Made by a program: the position numbers and the translations under genes
Source of the DNA: Macrostomum hystrix
Taxonomy: Eukaryota > Animalia > Platyhelminthes
Direction: 5' to 3'
NCBI GenBank assembly: GCA_950097015.1
Contig: CATNEN010000031.1
Span: 3,100,001-3,164,000, forward strand
DNA: 64,000 nt
Notes under the pieces: generated by a model
Told to the model about the DNA's origin: nothing
What the model saw: only the letters and a program-made list of their open reading frames with translations
Databases searched by the model: none
Part shown: piece after piece, positions 1 through 11,835 of the stretch
Layout: every line of letters starts with the position of its first letter
Position numbering within the stretch: position 1 is the first letter of the stretch

Positions 1-511
1 GCGTCGCTAGCAACGCTAACAACATAACTCACAGCTCGGAGTTGCACCTGCTGCTCACCTTCCAGACAGATGTGTACAATCCTAATCTGCCGCAGAAATA
101 CCGCGGCTTTCTGGCCCGCTACCGCTGCATTGAGTACGGTAAGCGGCCGACTCAAGACTGCTCAATTATTGAGAATAGCAGAATTCAATGCGTTCTTAGC
201 AAATTGGTGGATGAATAGGATAGATTGCTAGCCTAGCCTTTAGTTAGAGGAGTAGAATGTTCCATAAAAAGTCCATAATTCCATAAAAAATTCCATAAAT
301 TTAATAAATAAGCAAAAGTGTGTAGACGCTGAGAGTAGTATATAAAGCATTTTAACACTATTTCTCTTCGTTAGAGACGGCAGCCTTTGATGCGCTAGTC
401 CTTGGCCCGGCTAATTATCTGCTCATAGCTGCCAGCTGCTGCCTGCTCCTGATTTTCACCAGCGCCGCAGTGACTCTGTCTTTGCGCGAGTACCGCAGAA
501 CCATTCACTGA
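1..511 (+). CDS. CUB-domain single-pass membrane protein, paralogue 1 (3' part only; exons <1-138, 375-511)
   Basis: Exon to 138 reads ...LLLTFQTDVYNPNLPQKYRGFLARYRCIEY (CUB C-terminal F.sD...RGF.a.Y motif) and ends at a GTAAG donor. After acceptor ttcgttag, exon 375-511 reads ETAAFDALVLGPANYLLIAASCCLLLIFTSAAVTLSLREYRRTIH* (hydrophobic TM plus basic stop-transfer). Phases match. Confidence 0.8.
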
Positions 512-607
512 CTATCGAGGCATCAATTGTCGAACAAGTTGTCAATATTTAAAATTGATTTGTAAATCAACAGAAAAAGATTAGAATAAATTGAATATTT
601 CAAGTAA

Positions 608-940
608 TTTCTAGGAATGACGAGTCAATTTCTAGGAATGACAAGTCGATTTCTATGAAATTACAAGTCGATTTCTAGGAAGGACAAGTCGATTTCTAGG
701 AAGGACAAGTCGATTTCTAGGAAGGACAAGTCGATTTCTAGGAATGACAAGTCGATTTCTATGAAATTACAAGTCGATTTCTAGGAAGGACAAGTCGATT
801 TCTAGGAATGACAAGTCGTTTCTAGTAATGACAAGTCGATTTCTAGGAATGACAACTCGATTTCTAGGAATAACAATCCTATTCCTAGTAATGACAAGTC
901 GATTTCTAGGAATGAAAAGTCGATTTCAAGGAATGACAAT
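608..940. repeat. 21-bp minisatellite (GTCGATTTCTAGGAATGACAA)n, about 15 copies
   Basis: Direct tandem units visible in the sequence. Confidence 0.9.
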
Positions 941-1071
941 TCAGAAATTAACTTTATCAATCTAAAAACTGTCTTAAATTGTTTTTTACTAAGTTTAGTT
1001 GCAAATAAAATAAGAATTATTGTTCCTTTCGTTGCTTATTTCCTGCTCTGAAGAAGCGACACATTTAGACA

Positions 1072-1104
1072 TAGGGTTAGGGTTAGGGTTAGGTTTAGGT
1101 TTAG
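1072..1104 (+). repeat. Short interstitial telomere-like repeat (TTAGGG)3 plus (TTTAGG) variants
   Basis: tagggttagggttagggttaggtttaggtttag. Confidence 0.7.
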
Positions 1105-1389
1105 ATTTTGGTTCTATCATTACTACAAGTAAGTAGTTACGCAAAGTAATTTACTTTTATAAAAATAGAGCTTCAGCAAAATTATTACGAGAAAAGGTTT
1201 CTGTATCTAGATGGATATATCTAGAAAGCACCAACATAAAAGTGCAGGCTTAATTAATTGGCATCAATTGAATTTGGCAGGCCAGTGTTTGACGCATCAA
1301 TTCTTTGCAAGCTAGCTGCAGTTACACTTTATTAACATTACATAGATTATACACTCGCACTTTCTATTTATTTTCTGCATTTTGTGCAC

Positions 1390-1530
1390 CGATTTCAAGT
1401 CGATTTCTAGGAATGACAACTCGATTTCTAGGAATGACAACTCGATTTCTAGGAATGACAGGACGATTTCTAGGAATGACAACTCGATTTCTAGGAATGA
1501 CAGGACGATTTCTAGGAATGAGAATTCTTG
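1390..1530. repeat. Second array of the same 21-bp minisatellite, about 6 copies
   Basis: Same unit as 608-940, same orientation. Produces the spurious (TTRFLGM)n ORF. Confidence 0.9.
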
Positions 1531-2129
1531 GAATGAATGTCATTTAACATAAATCCAGTTTATCGGGTTTCTTTAACACAATTAAACAGTTTTCTACAGA
1601 TTTTGTGTACATCAAACTATTTGATTTCTTATTGAGCAAAATTTTGTTTATGGAAACGATGGTAATTATAAATAACTAGTAACAATATCTTTTTTGCTTG
1701 CATTGTTACGTAAATAGAGATTCCGCAATATTATAAGTTTCTGTTGCCAGTAGAAATTTCTATTACTTTTTTATCGATAGTCGTTCTTTCCCAAATTAAG
1801 TGGGGAATAAAGCCTATGGCTGTCACTTAGCCTTCAAACTTCTTTCCCAACAGTTAAACAACAATGGCAAAGTGAGAGGAGCAAAGCAAGAGTTTTTAGA
1901 CTAGAGAGGAGGAAAGCGAGGGTGGGAATGAGAGCAAGCACAAGCGAGTTGAGCATGTGCGGAGAGAGAAAATCGGTTTCGTTGCCATAGCAACAAGGAG
2001 CCCAGCCCAGCATCCCAGCAAACACGTCTTTGGGCTCTGGGTTGGGCTGAAATTTTGCTCTAGTCCAGACAAAAAGTGCCTCGGAGCGAACAAAGCAGCG
2101 AGATTCGGCAGCAAACTCTCACTTCAACA

Positions 2130-5100
2130 ATGTTTCGCTGGCCCGCGCCCTGCGTGCCAATCTGCCTGCTCTTGGCCTTCTCCGTATCTTCAACAGCGTT
2201 TGAATGTAAGTAACACTGGCAGTACAATTTTTTGATTTGATTTGATTTGAATAGACGAATGCAGGAGGGCTGCGGGCAATGGCAAATCATTTGGTGACAC
2301 TAGACCCGCAGCCAGCGAGGAGGCAATTCTGCCCATTTCGCTGACTCCTGAGCACACACGCACACAGATACTGTACACAGGCACACGCTCACACAGGTGT
2401 GTACATCTGGCTGCCCTGACTTTCTCATCGTTAGGCAGTGTGCACTTTCACTGTGCCTTGGAGGTTGGCCCTCAAGGGCGTAAATTGCACGACAAGCCGC
2501 CAAGCCTTCACTCCGCGGCTGCGCCCCAGTTGAATGTGGCCTCGCCGCGGAATCGAGCTCAGGGACCTTGGCGCGAGAGGCAGACGCGTTAGACCGCTCT
2601 GCCACTCACCCCCTATTATAACTTATTCTGATGCAATAATATGGCATAGCATCTGCCGAATTTGACGAATGATGAATACACATCCGCACAGGTGAATACA
2701 CATCGAAAGCCTACGGCCCTTGCGACGGTACAGCGAATGAGGGCAGCTGCGCCGACTATTATCAAGTCTACGCCACAACTCAGGATCAGATTATTCAAAG
2801 CCCTAACTATCCGGGCTATTATCCCAAGTAAACAAAGCTTTAACAGGCTCCATTAACTGTTAAATACCGATTCTTCACCTGTTAGATACAGATTCTTCAC
2901 CTGTTAGATACCGATTCTTCACCTGTTAGATACCGATTCTTCACCTGTTAGATACAGACTCTTCATCTGCTAGAGACAGAATGCTTCACCTGTTAGATAC
3001 AGATTCTCTACCTGTTAGATACAGATTCTTCCCGTGTTAGATACAGATTCTTCCCGTGTTAGATACAGATTCTTCACCTGTTAGAGACAGAATGCTTCAC
3101 CTGTTAGAGACAGAATGCTTCACCAATTAGAGACATAATGTTTTACCTGTTAGATACAGAAGGCCTGAACTGTTAGATACAGAAGGCCTGAACTGTTAGA
3201 TACAGAAGGCCTGAACTGTTAGATACAGAAGGCCTGAACTGTTAGATACAGAAGGCCTGAACTGTTAGATAACCGGCCCGCCCTGTCCCGCAGTAATATC
3301 GTGTGCCGCTGGGTTCTGTCCGCCTGCAACTGCGCCGCTGCGAGTTCGAATCCCAAAGTGGACTATCGTGTCGAATTCGAAGTGACAGACTACGAAATGC
3401 AGGACAGCCCGTCGTGCACTAAAGATTTCCTAGAAATCAAAGACGGTAAAAAAATAAAGTTAAAAGCAAGTCGCGCCCCAACTGTCCCAAACTATTTATC
3501 TTTTTTTCTTCGGCAAGCCATGATCATCTAGCACGCCTAACTGTTCCCCCTGTATCACATGACTGATATGAAGATTAATTGGTTCCGTAGATCTGTCAGT
3601 AAACCTGCATGCATCATGTAAATGTATTTTACGTATATATTTAACACATTTAGTCTAAAACTGCACTGAATTTATAGTACTATGGTACCAAGGTACCAAG
3701 AGGAAGAAGAAGAATAAGAGGGAGAGGAAGAAGAAGAAGAAGAGGGAGAGGAAGAAGAAGAAGAAGAAGAAGAGGGAGAGGAAGAAGAAGAAGAAGAGGG
3801 AGAGGAAGAAGAAGAAGAAGAAGAAGAGGGAGAGGAAGAAGAAGAAGAAGAAGAGGGAGAGGAAGAAGAAGAAGAAGAAGAAGAGGGAGAGGAAGAAGAA
3901 GAAGAAGAGGGAGAGGAAGAAGAAGAAGAAGAAGAAGAGGGAGAGGAAGAAGAAGAAGAAGAAGAGGGAGAGGAAGAAGAAGAAGAAGAAGAAGAGGGAG
4001 AGGAAGAAGAAGAAGAAGAAGAGGGAGAGGAAGAAGAAGAAGAAGAAGAAGAAGAGGGAGAGGAAGAAGAAGAAGAAGAGGGAGACGGAGAGGAAGAGGG
4101 AGAGGAAGAAGAAGAAGAAGAGAGAGACGGAGAGAAAGCGGGAGAGGAAGAAGAAGAGGGAGAGGAAGAAGAAGAGGGAGAGGAAGAAGAAGAAGAAGAG
4201 GGAGACGGAGAGAAAGAGGGAGAGGAAGAAGAAGAGGGAGAGGAAGAAGAAGAAGAAGAGGGAGACGGAGAGGAAGAGGGAGAGGAAGAAGAAGAGGGAG
4301 GAAAAGGGAAGTTAGAAGAACAAGTTGGAGGGAGAGAAAGATACTGTGTTATTGCCTCAGAAAAAAATGCTTAAATTAAATTAAAAGAGATTACATTAAG
4401 ATTTTATCGTAATAATCATACCACACCAGAAAATAGTAGCTCAATATGTGTGTCAATAGGATGCAAGCATAAACTACAGGCGCCACTATTTGATTCCACT
4501 GAGAAAATACCAGACAGTTTACTGTGCACTTTAAATGTCAATCCACAAATGCGGATTCACACTCCGCCCCAGGCAAGCGGCTGTGGGATCACAGATTTGC
4601 GCAGAAGTGCGGCAACATCTGCGCCAGCGGCACGGAGAATGTCACCCGCAGCTCCGCCAAGCATCTGCTGGTCAGCTTCCAGACGGACGTGTTCGACGCC
4701 CAGGACCCAACGCCGCATAGGGGCTTCCAGGCCAAGTTTCGCTGCGTGGCCGTCCGTGAGTCTTGAGCGAAGGAAATCCTGAGGGACTGGATTCTTCAGG
4801 GACTGGATTCTTCAGGGACTGGATCCTTCAGGGACTGGATCCTTCAGGGACTGGATCCTTCAGGGACTGGATCCTCCAGGGACTGGATCCTTTAAGGACT
4901 GGATTCTTCAGGGACTGGATCCTTTAAGGACTGGATCCTTCAGGGATTGGATCCTTCAGGGACTGGATTCTTTAGGGACTGGATTCTTCAGGGACTGGAT
5001 TCTTCAGGGACTAGATTCTTCAGGGACTGGATCCATCAGGGGCTGGATTCTTCAGGGACTGGATTCTACAGGGACTGGATCCATCAGGGACTGGAGACAT

Positions 5101-6944
5101 CAGGGGCTGGATTCTTCAGGGACTGGATTCTTCAGGGACTGGATTCTTCAGGGACTGGATTCTTCAGGGACCGGATTCTTCAGGGACCGGATTCTTCAGG
5201 GACTGGATCCTTCAGGGACAGGATCCATTAGGGGCTGGATTCTTCAGGGACTGGATTCTTCAGGGGCTGGATTCTTCAGGGACTGGATTCTTCAGGGACT
5301 GGATCATACAGGGACTGGAGACATCAGGGGCTGGATTCTTCAGGGACTGGATTCTTCAGGGACCGGATTCTTCAGGGACCGGATTCTTCAGGGACTGGAT
5401 CCATCAGGGACTGGATTCTTCAGGGACTGGATCCTTCAGGGACTGGATCCTTCAGGGACTGGATCCTCCAGGGACTGGATCCTTTAAGGACTGGATTCTT
5501 CAGGGACTGGATCCTTTAAGGACTGGATCCTTCAGGGACTGGATCCTTCAGGGACTGGATTCTTTAGGGACTGGATTCTTCAGGGACTGGATCCTTCAGG
5601 GACTGGATACTTCAAGGACTGGATCCTTTAGGGACTGGATCCTTCAGGGACTGGATCTTTCAGGGACTGGATTCTTCAGGGACTGGATTCTTTAGGGACT
5701 GGATTCTTCAGGGACTGGAGACATCAGGGACTGGATTCTTCAGGGACTGGATCATACAGGGACTGGAGACATCAGGGGCTGGATTCTTCAGGGACTGGAG
5801 ACATCAGGGACAGGATCCATCAGGGGCTGGATTCTTCAGGGACTGGATTCTTCAGGGACTGGATTCCTCAGGGGCTGGATTCTTCAGGGACTGGATTCTT
5901 CAGGGACTGGATTCTTCAGGGACTGGATTCTTCAGGGACTGGATCCATCAGGGGCTGGATCATACAGTGACTGGAGACATCAGGGGCTAGATTCTTCAGG
6001 GACTGGATTCTTCAGGGACTGGATTCTTCAGGGACTGGATCCATCAGGGGCTGGATTCTTCAGGGACTGGATTCTTCAGGGACTGGATCATACAGGGACT
6101 GGATTCTTCAGGGACTGGATTCTTCAGGGACTGGATTCTTCAGGGACTGGATCCTTCAGGGACTGGATCCTTCAGGGACTGGATACTTCAAGGACTGGAT
6201 CCTTTAGGGACTGGATCCTTTAAGGACTGGATCCTTCAGGGACTGGATCCTTTAGGGACTGGATACTTCAAGGACTGGATCCTTTAGGGACTGGATCCTT
6301 CAGGGACTGGATCTTTCAGGGACTGGATTCTTCAGGGACTGGATTCTTCAGGGACTGGATTCTTCAGGGACTGGAGACATCAGGGGCTGGATTCTTCAGG
6401 GACTGGAGACATCAGGGGCTGGATTCTTCAGGGACTGGATTCTTCAGGGACTGGATCATACAGGGACTGGAGACATCAGGGGCTGGATTCTTCAGGGACT
6501 GGAGACATCAGGGACAGGATTCATCAGGGGCTGGATTCTTCAGGGACTGGATTCTTCAGGGACTTGATCATACAGGGACTGGAGACATCAGGTGCTGGAT
6601 TCTTCAGGGACTGGAGACATCAGGGGCTGGATTCTTCAGGGACTGGATTCTTCAGGGACTGGATCCAGTTAACCTGTCCCTGGATCCTTCAGGGAATGGA
6701 TCCTTCAGGGACTGGATCAATCAGGGACTGGAGACTTCAGGGGCTGGATAATTCTTCAATGAAGGAGTAATCCCCTCTTCCTCTCCCCTCAGCCATACCG
6801 CAAAGTGACAACCTGGTCCTGGGCCCGGCCAACTACCTGCTGATTGCGCTGAGCATATTTCTCGCTGTTCTGTTCGGCAGCGCTTCGGTGCTGCTGGTAT
6901 TTCACGAGAGGCGACGCTGCCAGAACTGCGCGCAGGCTAATTGA
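2130..6944 (+). CDS. CUB-domain single-pass membrane protein, paralogue 2 (exons 2130-2205, 2692-2827, 3294-3445, 4573-4755, 6793-6944; 232 aa)
   Basis: Signal peptide MFRWPAPCVPICLLLAFSVSSTA; CUB motifs IQSPNYPGYYPNNIVCRW, CTKDFLEIKDG, LLVSFQTD, HRGFQAKF; TM LVLGPANYLLIALSIFLAVLFGSASVLLVF. All introns are GT-AG with consistent phases (total 699 nt). Confidence 0.85.
2230..2613 (-). mobile_element. tRNA-derived SINE, family B (copy 1, in intron 1 of CUB paralogue 2)
   Basis: Minus strand starts GGGGTGAGTGGCAGAGCGG (A box) ... GAGCTCGATTCC (B-box-like) and ends in an (ATCAA)n tail. Aligns by eye over about 350 bp with 19360-19705. Confidence 0.75.
2868..3270. repeat. 21-23-bp minisatellite (GATTCTTCACCTGTTAGATACA grading into GAAGGCCTGAACTGTTAGATACA) filling CUB intron 2
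   Basis: Tandem units visible between donor 2828 and acceptor 3293. Confidence 0.9.
3700..4320. repeat. Purine-only (GAA)n/GAGGGAGAG compound repeat in CUB intron 3
   Basis: About 620 bp almost entirely G/A. Confidence 0.9.
4781..6745. repeat. 16-bp minisatellite (GACTGGATTCTTCAGG)n, about 120 copies, filling CUB intron 4
   Basis: Tandem units with recurrent variants (GATCC, GAGACATC, GGGCT). Confidence 0.95.
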
Positions 6945-6964
6945 ACGGACATGACTGCGACTGG

Positions 6965-9900
6965 ATAGAGGAGGGTGGAAGAGGGTAGCAGAAAGGAGAG
7001 AAAACAGAGGAGGATTAAAGAGAGGAAGAGGGTAGGATGGAAAAAGGAAGAAGGGTGGAATTGGGGAGGAAGTGGAAGAAGGAGAGGATGTCGGGTGAGG
7101 AAGATGAAGAGGAAGAGAGAGGAACAAGAAGTGAAGAGGAAGAGGGAAGAGTGGGACGAAGGGAGAGAGGAAGAGGGGGAGGAAGGAGAGAGGAAGAGGG
7201 GGAAGAAGGAGAGAAGAAATGGGGAAGGAAGGGAGAAAAGAAGAGGGGTAGGGAGGGAGAGAAGAAGAAGGGGAAGAAGGGAGAGAAAAAGAGGAGGAAG
7301 GAGAGAAGATGGGGAGGAAGGGAGAGAGGAAATGGGGAGGAAGGGAGAGAAGAAATGGGGGAGGAAGGGAGAAAAGAAGAGGGGGAGGGAGGGAGAGAAG
7401 AAGAAGGGGAAGAAGGGAGAGAAAAAGAGGAGGAAGGAGAGAAGATGGGGAGGAAGGGAGAGAGGAAATGGGGGAGGAAGGGAGAAAAGAAGAGGGGGAG
7501 GGAGGGAGAGAAGAAGAAGGGGAAGAAGGGAGAGAAAAAGAGGAGGAAGGAGAGAAGATGGGGAGGAAGGGAGAGAGGAAATGGGGGAGGAAGGGAGAAA
7601 AGAAGAGGGGGAGGGAGGGAGAGAAGAAGAAGGGGAAGAAGGGAGAGAAAAAGAGGAGGAAGGAGAGAAGATGGGGAGGAAGGGAGAGAGGAAATGGGGA
7701 AGGAAGGGAGAGAAGAAGAGGGGAGGAAGGAGAGAAGAAGAGGGGGAGGAAGGAGAGAAGAATATGGGGAGGAAGGGAGAGAGGAAATGGGGAGGAAGGG
7801 AGAGAGGAAATGGGGGAGGAAGGGAGAAAAGAAGAGGGGGAGGGAGGGAGAGAAGAAGAAGGGGAAGAAGGGAGAGAAAAAGAGGAGGAAGGAGAGAAGA
7901 TGGGGAGGAAGGGAGAGAGAAAATGGGGAAGGAAGGGAGAGAAGAAGTGGGGGGAGGAAGGGAGAGAGGAAGAAGGGGAAGGAAGGAGAGAAGAAGAGGG
8001 GGAGGAAGGGAAAGAAGAAGTGGGGGAGGAAGGGAGAGATGAAGAAGGGGAAGGAAGGAGAGAAGAAGAGGGGGAGGAAGGGAAAGAAGAAGTGGGGGAG
8101 GAAGGGAGAGAGGAAGAAGGGGAAGGAAGGAGAGAAGAAGAGGGGGAGGAAGGGAAAGAAGAAGTGGGGGAGGAAGGGAGAGATGAAGAAGGGGAAGGAA
8201 GGGAGAAAAGAAGAGGGGGAGGGAGGGAGAGAAGAAGAAGGGGAAGAAGGGAGAGAAAAAGAGGAGGAAGGAGAGAAGATGGGGAGGAAGGGAAAGAGGA
8301 AATGGGGAGGAAGGGAGAGAGGAAATGGGGGAGGAAGGGAGAAAAGAAGAGGGGGAGGGAGGGAGAGAAGAAGAAGGGGAAGAAGGGAGAGAAAAAGAGG
8401 AGGAAGGAGAGGAAATGGGGAGGAAGGGAGAGAGGAAATGGGGGAGGAAGGGAGAAAAGAAGAGGGGGAGGGAGGGAGAGAAGAAGAAGGGGAAGAAGGG
8501 AGAGAAAAAGAGGAGGAAGGAGAGAAGATGGGGAGGAAGGGAGAGAGGAAATGGGGAGGAAGGGAGAGAAGAAATGGGGGAGGAAGGGAGAAAAGAAGAG
8601 GGGGAGGGAGGGAGAGAAGAAGAAGGGGAAGAAGGGAGAGAAAAAGAGGAGGAAGGAGAGAAGATGGGGAGGAAGGGAAAGAGGAAATGGGGAGGAAGGG
8701 AGAGAGGAAATGGGGGAGGAAGGGAGAAAAGAAGAGGGGGAGGGAGGGAGAGAAGAAGAAGGGGAAGAAGGGAGAGAAAAAGAGGAGGAAGGAGAGAAGA
8801 TGGGGAGGAAGGGAGAGAGGAAATGGGGGAGGAAGGGAGAAAAGAAGAGGGGGAGGGAGAGAAGAAGAAGGGGAAGAAGGGAGAGAAAAAGAGGAGGAAG
8901 GAGAGAAGATGGGGAGGAAGGGAGAGAGGAAATGGGGGAGGAAGGGAGAAAAGAAGAGGGGGAGGGAGGGAGAGAAGAAGAAGGGGAAGAAGGGAGAGAA
9001 AAAGAGGAGGAAGGAGAGAAGATGGGGAGGAAGGGAGAGAGGAAATGGGGAAGGAAGGGAGAGAAGAAGAGGGGAGGAAGGAGAGAAGAAGAGGGGGAGG
9101 AAGGAGAGAAGAATATGGGGAGGAAGGGAGAGAGGAAATGGGGAGGAAGGGAGAGAGGAAATGGGGGAGGAAGGGAGAAAAGAAGAGGGGGAGGGAGGGA
9201 GAGAAGAAGAAGGGGAAGAAGGGAGAGAAAAAGAGGAGGAAGGAGAGAAGATGGGGAGGAAGGGAGAGAGGAAATGGGGAAGGAAGGGAGAGAAGAAGAG
9301 GCGGAGGAAGGAGAGAAAAAGAGGGGGAGGAAGGGAAAGAAGAAGTGGGGGAGGAAGGGAGAGAGGAAGAAGGGGAAGGAAGGAGAGAAGAAGAGGGGGA
9401 GGAAGGGAAAGAAGAAGTGGGGGAGGAAGGGAGAGATGAAGAAGGGGAAGGAAGGGAGAAAAGAAGAGGGGGAGGGAGGGAGAGAAGAAGAAGGGGAAGA
9501 AGGGAGAGAAAAAGAGGAGGAAGGAGAGAAGATGGGGAGGAAGGGAAAGAGGAAATGGGGAGGAAGGGAGAGAGGAAATGGGGGAGGAAGGGAGAAAAGA
9601 AGAGGGGGAGGGAGGGAGAGAAGAAGAAGGGGAAGAAGGGAGAGAAAAAGAGGAGGAAGGAGAGAAGATGGGGAGGAAGGGAGAGAGGAAATGGGGAAGG
9701 AAGGGAGAGAAGAAGAGGGGAGGAAGGAGAGAAGAAGAGGGGGAGGAAGGAGAGAAGAATATGGGGAGGAAGGGAGAGAGGAAATGGGGAGGAAGGGAGA
9801 GAGGAAATGGGGGAGGAAGGGAGAAAAGAAGAGGGGGAGGGAGGGAGAGAAGAAGAAGGGGAAGAAGGGAGAGAAAAAGAGGAGGAAGGAGAGAAGATGG

Positions 9901-11835
9901 GGAGGAAGGGAGAGAGGAAATGGGGAAGGAAGGGAGAGAAGAAGAGGCGGAGGAAGGAGAGAAAAAGAGGGGGAGGAAGGGAAAGAAGAAGTGGGGGAGG
10001 AAGGGAGAGAGGAAGAAGGGGAAGGAAGGAGAGAAGAAGAGGGGGAGGAAGGGAAAGAAGAAGTGGGGGAGGAAGGGAGAGATGAAGAAGGGGAAGGAAG
10101 GGAGAAAAGAAGAGGGGGAGGGAGGGAGAGAAGAAGAAGGGGAAGAAGGGAGAGAAAAAGAGGAGGAAGGAGAGAAGATGGGGAGGAAGGGAAAGAGGAA
10201 ATGGGGAGGAAGGGAGAGAGGAAATGGGGGAGGAAGGGAGAAAAGAAGAGGGGGAGGGAGGGAGAGAAGAAGAAGGGGAAGAAGGGAGAGAAAAAGAGGA
10301 GGAAGGAGAGAAGATGGGGAGGAAGGGAGAGAGGAAATGGGGGAGGAAGGGAGAAAAGAAGAGGGGGAGGGAGGGAGAGAAGAAGAAGGGGAAGAAGGGA
10401 GAGAAAAAGAGGAGGAAGGAGAGAAGATGGGGAGGAAGGGAGAGAGGAAATGGGGAGGAAGGGAGAGAAGAAATGGGGGAGGAAGGGAGAAAAGAAGAGG
10501 GGGAGGGAGGGAGAGAAGAAGAAGGGGAAGAAGGGAGAGAAAAAGAGGAGGAAGGAGAGAAGATGGGGAGGAAGGGAAAGAGGAAATGGGGAGGAAGGGA
10601 GAGAGGAAATGGGGGAGGAAGGGAGAAAAGAAGAGGGGGAGGGAGGGAGAGAAGAAGAAGGGGAAGAAGGGAGAGAAAAAGAGGAGGAAGGAGAGAAGAT
10701 GGGGAGGAAGGGAGAGAGGAAATGGGGAAGGAAGGGAGAGAAGAAGAGGGGAGGAAGGAGAGAAGAAGAGGGGGAGGAAGGAGAGAAGAATACGGGGAGG
10801 AAGGGAGAGAGGAAATGGGGAGGAAGGGAGAGAGGAAATGGGGGAGGAAGGGAGAAAAGAAGAGGGGGAGGGAGGGAGAGAAGAAGAAGGGGAAGAAGGG
10901 AGAGAAAAAGAGGAGGAAGGAGAGAAGATGGGGAGGAAGGGAGAGAGGAAATGGGGAAGGAAGGGAGAGAAGAAGTGGGGGGAGGAAGGGAGAGAGGAAG
11001 AAGGGGAAGGAAGGAGAGAAGAAGAGGGGGAGGAAGGGAAAGAAGAAGTGGGGGAGGAAGGGAGAGATGAAGAAGGGGAAGGAAGGAGAGAAGAAGAGGG
11101 GGAGGAAGGGAAAGAAGAAGTGGGGGAGGAAGGGAGAGAGGAAGAAGGGGAAGGAAGGAGAGAAGAAGAGGGGGAGGAAGGGAAAGAAGAAGTGGGGGAG
11201 GAAGGGAGAGATGAAGAAGGGGAAGGAAGGGAGAAAAGAAGAGGGGGAGGGAGGGAGAGAAGAAGAAGGGGAAGAAGGGAGAGAAAAAGAGGAGGAAGGA
11301 AAGAAGATGGGGAGGAAGGGAGAGAGGAAATGGGGGAGGAAGGGAGAAAAGAAGAGGGGGAGGGAGGGAGAGAAGAAGAAGGGGAAGAAGGGAGAGAAAA
11401 AGAGGAGGAAGGAGAGAAGATGGGGAGGAAGGGAGAGAGGAAATGGGGAAGGAAGGGAGAGAAGAAGAGGGGGAGGAAGGAGAGAAAAAGAGGGGGAGGA
11501 AGGGAAAGAAGAAGTGGGGGAGGAAGGGAGAGAGGAAGAAGGGGAAGGAAGGAGAGAAGAAGAGGGGGAGGAAGGGAAAGAAGAAGTGGGGGAGGAAGGG
11601 AGAGATGAAGAAGGGGAAGGAAGGAGAGAAGAAGAGGGGGAGGAAGGGAAAGAAGAAGTGGGGGAGGAAGGGAGAGAGGAAGAAGGGGAAGGAAGGAGAG
11701 AAGAAGAGGGGGAGGAAGGGAAAGAAGAAGTGGGGGAGGAAGGGAGAGATGAAGAAGGGGAAGGAAGGAGAGAAGAAGAGGGGGAGGAAGGTAAAGAAGA
11801 AGTGGGGGAGGAAGGGAGAGAGGAAGAGTGGGAGG
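6965..11835. repeat. About 4.9 kb polypurine (GA-rich) compound satellite with higher-order repeats
   Basis: Plus strand is almost only G and A with sparse T. Blocks such as TGGGGAGGAAGGGAGAGAGGAAA recur with long-range periodicity. Confidence 0.95.

Noticed and set aside
1072-1104. Telomere or chromosome-healing site
   Set aside because: Only about 3 perfect TTAGGG units with degenerate flanks inside an intergenic region; better treated as a short interstitial repeat.
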